Positions 38,101 to 50,870 are shown, counted from the first letter of the stretch. The stretch is 64,000 nt of DNA from Klebsormidium nitens (GCA_000708835.1 DF237031.1:62001-126000); one strand, 5' to 3'. Numbers and translations: made by a program. The notes: generated by a model not told the origin, from the letters alone.

Positions 38101-41100
38101 CACGAGATGTCGACTTTTCTCTACGGTGCCCTTTCTGTAATCACAGAAACAAAACCCCGTAGTTATCCTGTCTCGACAAGGTTCAAACAATGACAAACGC
38201 CCCGTTGAGTTGGCCTCATTTTGGTTCTGTGTGCAGTGTTTGATTGTTGGCGAAGTTTCCCCCTGCCACGACATGGTTGTCGTCCTCAACAAAGTTGTGA
38301 GTTTCCGTTTGAACTTTCTGTTTGCACTGGGCAAACAACGGGCATTTGGTGACCTTATTAAGAACGGGCGTGGAATAGTCCAGTTTACTTTGGATCGATG
38401 TTTCGTCGAGGAACGGAGGTGATTCCTCTTTCCTCTCGTGAATCGATGAACAAGTGATCTTGTCACAGAGGGCTTGCAAGACGTTGGGATTTTAGCTGCC
38501 GTTGGCGCAAAGCATGGCGCTCTAGAAAGGTGTCAAGGTACCCTGAAGTTTCTCTTTGCCATTTTCCATAACCAATCCTTAGCGCCAGTGAAAGATGTTG
38601 CTTTATGAAGTGGTGTACGGCGAATGAATGCAGATCAAATATCGATCTGCACACAATTGAGGAGAGGAAAAACGCCATTCCTAAAAGGATCGAGAAGCAG
38701 ATCAGAATATTAGATAGATTCAATAGAGAGTCCCAGCAAGAACTCGCTCTTTTTGAAGGCTTACGATCACCACTCGCTTTGGCTTCAAAATGTTCTTCCT
38801 GTCGAATCCTGAACGACAGGAATCGAGAAGGCGCACAAAGACTTCTTCGAGATTGTAGCAGAGGACAAAAGGATGCACGACGTCGGGAATGTTGAAGAAG
38901 CATTTGTTTTCGAATTTGAGAGATAAATAACCGATCCGTTGCTTTCGTGATCTCAGGATCTTCTTCCCGACGAGTCCCGGGACGCCAAGATTGAGAAGAT
39001 GAAGAACGGCTTGCGAAAGACGTTCGCGGCGACCAAGTTTCGGGACTGCGCGATGGTTGCCACGTCAGCAAGCCCGGGGGGGCCGGACGGTAGGGACCAG
39101 CAACGACAGGTACGGACTTGTTTGCCACGTGTCGGCTTCCTGTGCGAAAGGCCGTAATACAACTTCGAGTTGACTTGGATTTTGGCAGCCGCATCTGTTC
39201 ATCGCACCTTTAGCCGTCAAAACGGACGAATCTCAGCGTCAATCGCCCGTCCTTCCTATACGGTTTGACTTTTGGTGCGCATCTCCAGGAGATCAGGCTC
39301 CGAGCTTCGATCTACCTATTATGTCCTTCATTAGAAAGACTGATGAAGTATCTTGGCTGTTAGCTTCGTCCAATTATCCTGACTGTCAGCTGAGTCCAAA
39401 TATCTTGTCGGTCAGCTTAGTCCGTGATGAATGTCCGGGTGAGAATGTTAGTGTCCATCGAAGCTGCTGGCAGGGAATTCTTTGCAAGGGTCTCGAGCCG
39501 AGTCTCTGGAGGAAGCGTTTCGCTGAGACTGACGCCAGCATTTGGCTTGAGGCAGGAACGTCCAATAAGGAGTGGGGTGGTGTCTTAAGAAGTCCAGAGG
39601 TCGTTGCGAATTTACAGCGGCGATCAGTTGAGAAGTCCAAAACACTGCAGCACACAAGCGGTCTTGCTGCCCGGACTGTATAACGGAGTGCTGCGATGGA
39701 ACGTACGTCAATCCTCATATTGGTCTCTTCCTTAACGTCTCCCCTGGACTCAATCGGACGACTTTAAGAGAGGGTGCAAAACGAAGACCTGGTTGCGCTT
39801 TCAAAATGCTCACGTATTTGTGCTTTCTGCAGTCCTCCGGAGTCTCTTCCCTCAACTCAATTGGACGACCCTACGAGAAAGTTCAATCTGAAGAACCTGA
39901 TTTTGCTGTTGGAATAAACACAAATTCTGGCTCTCTGCAGTCGTCCGGAGTCGACGAACTCGTAAACGTTCTCCGCTCACGCGTGCGCCCAATGCACCGC
40001 TCGAGCGAGGGCTCATTTCTGTTCGCGGTCGACCACTGCTTTCCGATCCGGGGTCAAGGGACGGTGCTGACCGGAACGGTGCTAAGGGGACACGTGGCGG
40101 TCAACCAGAGCATCGAGCTGCCCGAGTTGAAAGTACAGGTAAGGACTTTCCATTGCCTACTGGAGGAAGCTCCGTCATGACGATGAAAGTGCTTCTGAAA
40201 TTCTTATACATCAAAAGCTGCTTTCACAAGAGTTTTTGGCGATCAAACTTAGATGAATACGGGCTGGTCAAGAAGTGGTCATTTTTTACTGTAATCAGAC
40301 TTGGGCGGTAGCCTTAAGGCAAGGTCAAATACTGGTGATGTGTCCAATAATCTGAGACTTCAGCATGGTATCCAGCCTGGTTAGCGAATAGAATCTCGTG
40401 GGTTTCCCGGTTCTTGACCCAATAGCGTTCTTTACGGGGACAGTACATTAGGCAACCCGAATTGGAGACACTGGACGTCTCCAATTCCGGACACTGGATG
40501 TTGTCTTTAGCCTCGATACGAGACGAAGCTTGGGAAGACGAAAGAAACGGGTACCGAACCTGGGGCATCTGGCACTCCTCCCAAGGCATTCTTATCGCTG
40601 CTGATGATCGCAAACCAATTGAGCGCGTGGAGTCCAACTCCTCCGTTGGACGGAGCTCAGGGTGACACGTTGCACTTAATCAACCTCTTAAATCTGCTGG
40701 AGTAGACGTCATTGGTCGGCGGACAAGTCCTTGTGCGGGCCAGAGGCGCTTGCGGGTAGACTGCTGCTGAAGTCGTGCCGACGTTTGGGTGCGACTGCAG
40801 AGCTTCCAACGCGCCGACCGCTTTTTCTGAGCTTGATGTGATACCATGGCCTTTGAATTGGTATGGCCACCTGGCTTTGACAAAAGTTAGGTTGCTTTCT
40901 TTGAAACTCTGTGGGACTGAGAGGACGAGCTCAGTGCACTCAAGGGGATCTTGTTGTTGGGGGGCCACATCTACGAAGAAGCAGATCCCTTTTTGGAGAT
41001 GTCACTCCTCACAAAACGCATGCAGCCAGTAATAAAGGCCTGAACTCACTAGCACGATGCGAGAGGTCGACGGATTCCAGAGTCGCTGTCAAGGGTCTTC

Positions 41101-44100
41101 GAGCGCTCAAGGGCTTCTCGTTTCTTTCTTTGCAGAAAAAGGTGAAGTCGATGCAGATGTTTCACCGGCCAGTCCAGCGGGCGATTCAGGGCGACCGCGT
41201 CGGGCTGTGTGTGACTCAATTGGACGCCAAGACCATCGAGCGGGGCCTCGCAGCAGAACCAGGAACAGGTCAGCCAGCGGAGGATTTGACTAACCTTTCT
41301 GCTGTGTTTAGATTTTTTTGTTTGTCAGCCTTTGCGCTTCCAGCCCCTCCTTTTGCATTCGGTTCTTGCTTGCAATTGTACAGCCGTCAGCCGGCTTGAA
41401 AACAAACTGGCTTGTGTGTGTGGAACCATATTCTTTTGGCGCGATATTTGACCAGTGAATACAATGCAGGGTATCAGAATGTGAAAGATGTTCTTGCTGG
41501 CAAAGGAAAGTGTTTTTGCCTTGCTGCCAGCGTTTGAGCCTGAAGCTCCGATTGAATGAGTAGCTCGGGCGTCTTTGTTGTCGCCTTGTTTCATAAAACA
41601 CCAGCGAAGCTCGCAGAAAAAGGTACAAAGCCCGCAGTTCCAGTCGTGGAAGCAGGAGTTGAGAAGCTTCTGAAGCGCGTGAAACCTCTTTGTCACCCAT
41701 CCTTACGCGCCAAAGTCAATTACAACCGAAAACAGCGGCCCGTGAAATTATCGGTCATTCCGTGGGTCTGGCATCCTCTGGCGGCCTTTGCTGACGTCTC
41801 CAGACATGTTTTGCTTCTAGCGAAAATTTTGCAATCAAGTATGAAGCCGCTCTTGTGTTGCGAGATGACATAACCCTTCTCTTTGGTTTCCACAGTTCCC
41901 ACAATTTTCGGTGCACTCGCGCGCGTCCACAAGATTCGGTACTTCAAGGGGCGGATACCATCAAAGGCCAAATTTCACGGTAAGACGTTTCGCACGTTTC
42001 TCCCGTTAGGATGACTGTCAACTAGTTCTCCGAGGCCTCCATATCTTCTGCTGAAGGAATTGGTACTTGTGCAGAGACAGTCGCTCGAGTGGCACCTTCA
42101 GCGGCGTTCTTTCCTTTTTCCAGTGGTCTTAAGGAGTTTGAACGGCAAATGAAGCGCTGTCATTTGTAGCCACCGCTTACTCGCATCGGTCCTCGAGAGC
42201 CTTCAGCAGTCTGCTTACGAATACTCCTTTCAAGATCTTCTGGCGGCATACCCCTCAAGTGCCATTTGCGGCGACCTAGTACCAGCAGCCTTCTTCTCCT
42301 GGTCGCCCTTTTCCATCCTGACATCCATTCTGAAACGTCCTCTTTTCAGTGACCGCGGGCCATTCAACCGTGATGGCCGAAACTCGTTTCTTCTCCTCGG
42401 AAACGGGACAAAGGGGTTCGGACGAGAGAAAGCTTGAATCCGCGAACGAAGGGGCGTTTGACTTTGAGCGGGACTATTGGTATCAAGAGGAACTTTTAGA
42501 CGAGGAGGCGACCGTGTCTGGCCGGGGCGATGAATCCACGTAAGTGCACAAGTTTGGGCTTTGTTGTCTTCCTTTTCTTAGTTTAACCTCTTCTTGTATC
42601 TGTCCCTTATCGCTCAATCGCCGCTTGGAAACATGCGATGGGACGGATCGCTGTGAAACCTCCGTACTTTTTCGGAGCGGCTTTCTTTCGATCCCTCGTT
42701 CGGTTCCTTTGACATTTTTCAACCAATCTTGAGTACAAGCCTTCTTTCGAGGATCTCCGATGCCGTCTTGTTCACCTGGAAAAAGAATTATCAACGCTTG
42801 TAGTGAAAATTAGGGATAATTATTTGGACCGCGGACCGTCTTCTCTTGCACGGTCTTTCTTCCCTAACACCCGCGCATGCAGAGTTTGTTTTCAGAAGCC
42901 TTTGGCCTACCGATATTGCAAAGCAACATGAATGGAAAGCGCTTTAGAAGGGCAGATAAAGCTTGCGACGTCATTGGCCGTCAGACTCGCTCAAGCTGCT
43001 GTATAATTCCAGATTGGTCGCCGTCTGCATGAGCGCTTCGCTCAACTTCGCAGCCGCTCAACTAGGGGAAATTTGAAGCCTCCAGTCTTTTGCAGCCAAG
43101 ACACCCGACCTTGTCACGCAGTTGTTATGCTTGGTTTCCCAGAAGAAATCAAGGCGTTTTCATCCGTTAGGATTCAACACGAATCCCATTGAGGAGCTGG
43201 AGTCTCTCTTTAGGACGTTGCCGGATCGCCATCCATTCTTGCTTTAACAGCTCAAGCAACTTTTACGGGTGAAACTTGCAATTGTTCGTAACCCTAGAGT
43301 TGTATCTTTCTGCAGGCCCGCAAACCCCGGTGCCCAGTGGGTATTCTTGATCTTCGGGACCCCAATCCCCTTTTCGCGCTCACGCAGCAATAGAAGGTCA
43401 AATTTTCGCTGTTCGTAACTAACAAATCGGTTTTTCTGCAGGCCCGCAAAACCCGGTGCCCAGTGGGTTTTCTTAACCTTTGAGACCCCGATCACGTGCC
43501 CCCTCGGCGCGCTCTTGATTGGCTCACGGCTCGACACGGATATTCACACCAACACGTGCCGGCTGGCGTTCCACGGGCGGCTGCTGCAGGCTATGGACCC
43601 CAGGGATAAGGACGCTTTGCAGGTGTGAATTTGTCTTGTGATCCGTCCCGTCGTTTCCGTCAAACTTCTCTCACTCAACGTCCCCCCTGCTTTCAAAGGG
43701 GCGTGGTGTAAGACGGAACGCCCTAGCGACCCAATAGCCCGTGTGCCTGCACTCTGGGTCGCTGATTTCAGTACCAGGTGATCGAATTTTCGACGACCTG
43801 AGGACAGAAGATTCTGCGAAGGGGCCGCCGCAAAACCACGTGGTTAGACGCCCATTTTAAAGCTCGCCAAGAAGTTCCCTTCCATCCGGTGCAAATCCTA
43901 GCAGCCTCTCTCTGATGTCAATTGATAATCCCGCACTTCGACGGTCACGACGTCGGATTGCAGTTTGTCAGGCTCTTGACTTGGTGCATTCGCTAATCCC
44001 ATGCATGAATTTTACTTGTCTTCTTACTTCCTCAGTTCATGTGATTTTAGACTTCCACCAGTTTGCACCGTCTGCTTCAACGCCCCCCGCCTCGTCGATT

Positions 44101-45394
44101 GCTTTTGTCGTCGCCTTCCTCTGACGTCCTCTCTTCTTTCTAGTCACTGCCTCCACCTTCCTCGTTAAAGTGCCCTAAAAGCTGACGTCATCTGCTATGT
44201 TCTTCAAACTTCCGCTGACGTCAGCCTCCGCTCCACAGAGCCTCGAGGTGTTCAAGACGAAACGGCGAGAAAGGGTGAGCGAGCTGATTGTGTTCAAAAC
44301 CTGACGTCACTTGCTGTTGCTATTTTCCTCTAGCTGACGGCAGACTCCCTTCGCAGGACTTCCGAGTGCTCAAGATAAAGCGGCGAGAAGGGGCGGTCGA
44401 ACTGGTTTGATTGAATACCTGACGTTACCTGCTGTTGCTGTCATTCTCTCGCTGACGTCCGACTCCCTTGGCAGAAACTCCGGGTGTTCATGACGAAGCG
44501 GCGAGAAGGGGCGACCGAGCTGATTTGTTCCAAATTCTGCGTCATCTGCCGTCCTCGATGCACTTCCGCTGACGTAAGCTTTTTCCCGCAGAAACTCCGG
44601 GTCTTCAAAACGAAGCGGCGCGAAGGGGTGATCGAGCGGTATGTGGACGGGAACAGCGCCGTGGGTAGGGGCCTCTTCAAGAAGGAAACGGACATCTCCC
44701 AGTTTGTGGGCCTGCGAGTTACAACCGAAGCGGGCGAAGAAGGGACCATTCAGTCATCATTTGGCAAGTCCGGAAAGTTCAAGGTGGGCCCAGATTTGTT
44801 CAAGATTTGCTGGCCGGCTGTTTCAAGGAAGTATAGGGTGAGCTCAATTGTTATGTGCTTTGAGATCATTTCGGCAGCAGATTGATTGTGGAATAAGATG
44901 GAGCGGCATGCACTCAAGGCAAGGTGCAAATCAGAATCATCGCTAATGAAGTGAGAATCAAAGAATGAGTTTGGTGCATGTCCGAGAACGGGCGTAGTGA
45001 ATTGGCGATTGAACCGGTTGGGTTAGTATGAAGACTCTGGCAAGCATGGCCGCTCATTCATGTGATGGTCGAGACGAAGTTTAGGAACTTGCAGCACCAT
45101 CAACTCGGGCAGTTCGTTTCCCTTATTCAGGACCTGCCAGCTGCCGATGCTTGACAATAGCTAGAACACTTCGTCGGTGGAAAGAATGGGCTTTTGATGG
45201 ACCGAAGTCGCTTAAACCTCGCTCATTAAAAAACGGGCGGAGAGGTCATACTTAGAAGTTCACATCTCCTCGAACCGCGTGTGCAGCTCCATTTTCCTGG
45301 CGGGGTGCAACAGGCGAGCGGCCAAGCCAGCAAGGTAACCCTAGAATTTAAACGCTTCATATATGATCGATCGAAGAGGATGATACAACTTTAG
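35135..45394 (+). CDS. EEFSEC: Selenocysteine-specific translation elongation factor (eukaryotic EFSec/SelB)
   Basis: Thirteen phase-consistent exons: 35135-35228, 36450-36550, 37037-37139, 37824-37894, 38237-38296, 38957-39109, 39941-40138, 41136-41268, 41896-41979, 42350-42539, 43442-43622, 44592-44783, 45287-45394. G-domain motifs NVGILGHIDSGKTSL, ERGITLDLGFSAF, VDCPGHASLIKTIIGGAQIID and VVLNKVD; FAVDHCFPIRGQGTVLTGTV; SRLDTDIHTNTCRLAFHG; FGKSGKFK. These are typical of EFSec rather than EF1A. Confidence 0.95.
37548..37619 (+). pseudogene. Degenerate organelle/bacterial-type tRNA-Val(UAC), probably within an organellar DNA insertion (NUMT-like)
   Basis: GGGTAATCAGCTCAATTGGTAGAGCA, anticodon arm TCTCG-TTTACAC-CGAGA, T-stem AGCGG/CCGCT with a shortened 5-nt loop, and a 3' acceptor strand that does not pair with GGGTAAT. 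Lies in EFSec intron 37140-37823. Confidence 0.75.
43300..43500 (+). repeat. Duplicate of the EFSec exon-11 acceptor and exon start
   Basis: tttctgcag|gcccgcaaaccccggtgcccagtgggtattcttgatc (AG ends 43315) versus functional tttctgcag|gcccgcaaaacccggtgcccagtgggttttcttaacc (AG ends 43441). Confidence 0.9.
44210..44640 (+). repeat. 117-118 bp tandem array of the EFSec exon-12 acceptor and exon start
   Basis: ctgacg...cag|(aaa)ctcc(g)ggtgttcaagacgaagcggcgagaagggg with AG ending at 44238, 44356, 44474 and the functional 44591. Confidence 0.9.
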
Positions 45395-46790
45395 GAAAAT
45401 TCGTGCCACGTTAGGAGAAAGTAGGTCGTTCCTTGGAATGAGCGGATGCGCGAAGGGGGGTAACAAACGAGGGCCTCAGCAAGATAGACATTCCCTCAAG
45501 ATTCGGAGGGAATCCTTTCACAGTGTAATTATGTAGGTTGAAATCTCCTCGTGCAGCTGGTGAACGTGTCCGACAGTCTTGGATACCAATCATTCCAAAC
45601 AGTCCGACTACCGTACTGGACCGGCCGGTGGCTTGGATGCTTGATTGCTTGCATGTTGATTGGGCTGGAGGTGGCTGGGAAGTATGGTCGGAAGTCCCCC
45701 GGCCCTCAGTGCCACTCATGACTACTTGGCGCTGCCAGAGCCCCGTCATTGATCGGAATTAGCGCCATCGTTGCGGCTGAATTGGACCGTCTCGATGCAT
45801 GCAATTAGTCGCTCACCGCACGCTCCGTCTATTTAATCATCGTTGTTATATATCATAGTGTGTCGGATGCAAGTGAACTTAATTCAGCACGGACCACGAG
45901 TTTGTCTCAGGCAATGATGATGGCCACTAGCCTAGAATGGACGGTCGCCATGTCCAACATGACTGGCACCCGCTACATGTATCTTTCCCAAACTTGATTG
46001 CTCTGGCGGGCTGATGCTTGCCGCGTGCCAGGCTGATTCTTCAGGCTCATATTTCTAGTATGGCAAAACTAACATGTGATGAATTCAACTAGCTGACCAG
46101 ACATCTTTAACACACTGTACGTGGGCTAAATGATTATCGCGTGTCGGTTTCCAGTGCCGTACAAGATCGAGTTGGAACATAACTCTATATGTCACTGTCG
46201 TGCATCATTCAGAATTGCCAATCATATCTGCGGGCGGCAGCTGTTGTTAATCCACTGAACACTGACAACGCTTCTCTGCAAAATAAGCACTTGAGCAGGC
46301 CGCGGCTGTGTGACTCGATCCGCCGAGTGCATGAAGCGATAAGCATTTGCATGGTGGTCATGAAGAACTTGGGCCCGCGGCCGCGGTTGTGATAGTCGAA
46401 GGTTCAGCAACTGAATGATCGAAGTGTAGCTCATGTGCATGACTGGCACCATGCGCACTTGATCGGCCTTTCTACAGCCTAAGCAGCTAGGAGCCGCCTA
46501 GCTCGCTTTAGTTCCCTGTTGCCAGCCGCTGAATTTGACTGCTCGTGCTGGCGCATCCGCGAACTCAGAGAATCGTCTGCCACAGGTACTAAGGCTGGGG
46601 GCCGCGCAGTGGCTAACCGCGCGGCGCGGCCACGAGCGCGCGTAGGCGGCCCGGGGCGGCGGCCAGCCTGCTAGTAGCTGTACGTTGGGGCGGCCGTCTA
46701 ACAAAGTCGCGCCGCGCGCGGCCGCGCACTCGAGGTGCATATTCAAGACATAGAGACGCGGCAGAAGAGTCTTCCTGAAATTGAAGGAGA

Positions 46791-48354
46791 ATGGCGGAGG
46801 CAGCGTCCTGCACAATCGCACTCATCGCTTCCAAGTTGCTCTTTGACGACGTCTGGGACCATATTGAGGCAATGGCTTTTCTCACACAGCATATCTGCCA
46901 GTTCTTGCTGAAGTGGGGCGCCAGGTTGGAGGACTTTCGAGAGCCCGCGAGACTCGTCCAGGGCCTGATTGCACACAAGGAAGGCAGCGTGCTCAGGAAG
47001 CTGTCATCTCAGATCCTTTGATCGAACAGTGCTCCCTTTTTGATTAAACATATCCCTTTAGATACTCCTTGCAGCGGGTTTCCTTCTGTGTGCTTACGAA
47101 GCTGGCTTCAAGCAGACTGGCGGCGCATTTTATTGTGCAAGAAGCAGGATCTGAGAATCTTCTTCAATACATGACCTACAACATTGACATCAGCAAATTG
47201 GTGCCACTTCAAGTGAACGTACACGAGCATCAGGTTGAACTGATCTTCATGACTAGCTTGGAAGGCCTGTTGCATTTCTCTCGTGGTTCACAGGCTTTCA
47301 GGGCAAACTTGAAAGCTTACAAGTCCCTGCCTGACGTGCTTCGGCTTGCTTTATCAGAGGAGAGGATGAGGATCTTTTCTGATCCGAGAAAGTGCCATGA
47401 AATGATCGTGGACTATTCCAGCCAACTTATAGCAACCTTGATCGAGCATTCGGACAGCCGAAAGTGGATCTTGGACTGGGGCTGGAAGGATCTAATGGAT
47501 ATTCTTGTTTTTTCAGTGACTTTGGAAAAATGGAACGGCAACATCATCGGCTCAGCTCTCCTTATAGGGCTCGTCCATTTGTTGAACGACTCAACAACGT
47601 TGACACAGCTACGAAGGATGAATGCAGTACAGCTTCTGCAAAAACACAAGCAGAAGATGGACGCAAGTGACCCTCTCTTCTGGGATCACTTTGAGAACTT
47701 TCTGCAAGGTCCTGGGAAGAAACACTCTCGCGGGTGTCAAAGAACAAGGTTGTGCGGCATGAAGGGGATCCGCAACCACGAGCTACTGACAATCTGCTCG
47801 TGGGAAGCGTGCCTTGCCGATCCAGAGTTCTACTGTGATCAGAAGCGCTTTCAGGAGTGCGCTGCGTGCGGTCTGGTCGCGTACTGCTGGTGAGGGCACT
47901 TTGAACCTCTCTTAAACAACCATTGGTCGGATTAAGTCGAGTCTTCGATCGCGATCCGCCTGCAAGTGATTGGAAGAAATGGAAGGGTTGATCTTTTAGA
48001 CATCTGGATTTTACTAATATTGCCGTAATGGAAAACTCAAATTTTGGTTGCGATTGTTGGAGACATGTGTACGCAGTCTTGGGTCTACGTTTTTTAGGTT
48101 GAAAGCAAGCAAATCTTCGTCATGCGAGCTCTGCAGTACACATGTCTCAGCAGACCTTCTGAGAGGCTAAAGTGCATTCAGACGGCTGCAAACGTTTTCA
48201 TGCTCCTCTTTTGCCTACTGATTTTCATCGTCCTTCTGTCGAAAGCAAGGAGCATCACAGGCTTCATTGGCACGTGCACAAGAAAGATTGCGCACCGAGG
48301 AAGAAGAAACAAGGGATCAATTCGGAGGATGCTCCAAGCGGACGAGGGGTCTAG
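46791..48354 (+). CDS. MYND-type zinc finger protein
   Basis: Large exon ending at 47889 (CAACGLVAYC) splices in phase 2 to 48246-48354 (C-KEHHRLHWHVHKKDC), giving a MYND finger. The 5' exon from 46791 needs an intron at about 46989-47074 (weak donor AGC|gtgctc, good acceptor ccttgcag), so the N-terminus is uncertain. Confidence 0.75.
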
Positions 48355-50759
48355 TAATCTACCCGCGTAGTGTGTCGCTTCTTCGGGAAGATGTTGTCGC
48401 TCTCATAGACCGCTAGCTTGATTTAGCGTTAAACTCAAATGGCGAGGATGCGCTTCTAGCAAACTTCACCTTAGATCCGTAGATACGCTGCAAAATGTGC
48501 CTGGGATCTGGCACAGAATCTCATGGGCTTGAAGATATCGCTTGCATATTGCTAGAAAACGTACACGTAGACCCTAGCACGAGTTTGATGAATCCTGTAA
48601 GGATACCACCAGTAGTGTAGCACATCATCGCTCTTTGAATGCTCAAACTGTGCTTTGATTGAGGCAGGCCGATGGTGGTGAACGTCGAAGATGGATGCCG
48701 CGAGTCTTCTTAGGACTTCCGTCGGCAATCAAATTTGTCGGAACCGGGACAGCATTTTTGAGAATCGAAGACACTGCCATCTTGAAACCTTTTCCATTGG
48801 CAGAAATGACAGCTAATACCGTCACGTCTAAATTGGCCAACACCTTCCGCCCTCTCCTTGCTTGATCCGAGACGTTCTTGAGACCTCCGATTTGACAAGC
48901 TTTTAAGTGTTTATGCGTCTCATCTTCGCAAGCTTGTTGACACCTCAGGCTCTCGTGATGTCATCGCTTATTGTAAGTTGCGAATTGGGAAAACTTCTGA
49001 GCTCAGGACGTTAGTATGCGACACAGCTTTCTAGAAGTGAAGCAAGGCCCATCAGATCTCCAGCTCAATCACGTGATCGCCACTAGCGGGAGCCAAATTT
49101 GCGTGCAAACGTCTCCCTTCGTCATATGTCGTGCCATGCGCGCTCGGGACTGTCTCACCATTTGGATCTCGAACGGTAGCTTAGCGGACCACCCATGCAG
49201 CAGTATTCAAAGTTTAATTATTACCGTCAAACATGAAAGGGCCGGACGATGATGCAACCCGCTAATTAGATGTTCATAGCACCCGGGGAGCACCCGGCCT
49301 AGCGAACCACCGTTGTGCTTTGCAGAGCAGTTGCTGAGCGCAGGCTTTGGTTTGGACCCGTCACGGTCAAAAGGTTTCGAACGCTTGAGCTTCCTGGAAT
49401 CATATCAAGGGCCGGGCAGTAAGCGTAATTCCGAAAGTCTAAACAGCTACGAACTCGCTGCGTGAACGTGTGAATGAAACGTATCTTTACAGAAACATCT
49501 CAGGTCATCGAGTCCGCTTTTTGAGGAATTGTCCCAATCATCCCTATAGTGGAATTGCACGTTTCCTGTAGTGATCATAGTGATAAGAGGGCGGTTTCAT
49601 GTGTCGGACAGGTTCCGGGGCGCACCGTCCCTTAAATTCAATCAGATTTCCTGATTCCTTTCCCTCAGGCCAGATCGAGAACCCGTGTCACTCGTCCGAG
49701 AGAAGTTGGTTGCAATGTTACTGGCGGGTGTGTCTCTAAGGAACTCCGGTGAAATACAGACCGTTGTCCTTCACTTCTCGGCCGGTCTGCCGAAGCCTGG
49801 AATCCGGGCAGCTTGAAGTCTTTGCGCAATCTGCGCATCTGTCTGTCTGTCTATCTGTCCATCTGTCAATCTGTAAATCTGCATTTATCTCCGGGCAAAA
49901 CAAGGTGGATCAAAGGAGATTCTCGGCGATCAGTCACTGGTCGGAAAGATGTTGGACCGACCCCAATGCGTCTCCGGAATGTATCCGTGATTTTATTATA
50001 GCGGATGTGTTAAAAGAATTCAACTCCGAGGTCTTTTGGAAGTGTTTCGGCGACAATTCTTCCGAAACAACTCCGAGACTGTCGCCACTGTCCGACCGGG
50101 TACGTTTCGGCGACGGTTCCGGTTTATTATGGAGGAGCGGACACGCCGCCGAGACGTTATGGTTTCCGCGACTCGGATCTCCGGCATTTAATTTCATATT
50201 GACAATGATTAAAATAATCGCGTGTCGAACCGGGCACGTCAGATCTGCCCGGGGCATATTCAGAAATCACTCTATAGGGAGTCTGCGCGGTAGGGACTTG
50301 CAACTTTTTGGAAAAAACCATGATACAATTTGGGCCTAGCCAGTACACTGCTTACAGGGCTGTAAGGATCTGCGCAGTCTGCACGGTATATGAATTTTTT
50401 CAATTCAATTTTGTGGAGAGTCACAAGTAGCACATTGGTTAACATGTCAGTCTGCAGTATGTCAGCGCTCGAGCGGCATGGGTTCGATTCTGGTTGCCGG
50501 CATTCCGCCGAATCGAACTTTTCATCTTTTGGTCCGCGCGGGCGTAATTTTCAGTCGGGTGACTCGGATACGCCGCGGAAATCTGCATCGACTCGGGGGC
50601 GTCTCGGAAATACCCACCTCTCTCCCCAGGATGCGTTAACACCACGGAATCGAATCCGAGGCACTCCGGATTCGGGGTCAGAACTTTGTGATTGGCAGCA
50701 TGCGAATGCCCTCGCCGGGAGACATGCACTTGCCACTTTCGCGTGAACTTGTAAGTTAC

Positions 50760-50870
50760 CGCGCGGGCCACCTCAGTTCGCAGATTGAACATGCGAAGAC
50801 CTGATTTCGGGCCGCGGGCGCCCGGGCCGCGGGCGGGGCCGCCGCCGAACATCTTGGACATTTGGACTCC
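50760..50870. promoter_or_regulatory. GC-rich (GC-box-like) segment upstream of PRXQ
   Basis: cgggccgcgggcgcccgggccgcgggcggggccgccgccg about 330 bp upstream of the PrxQ ATG; function inferred from position only. Confidence 0.3.
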
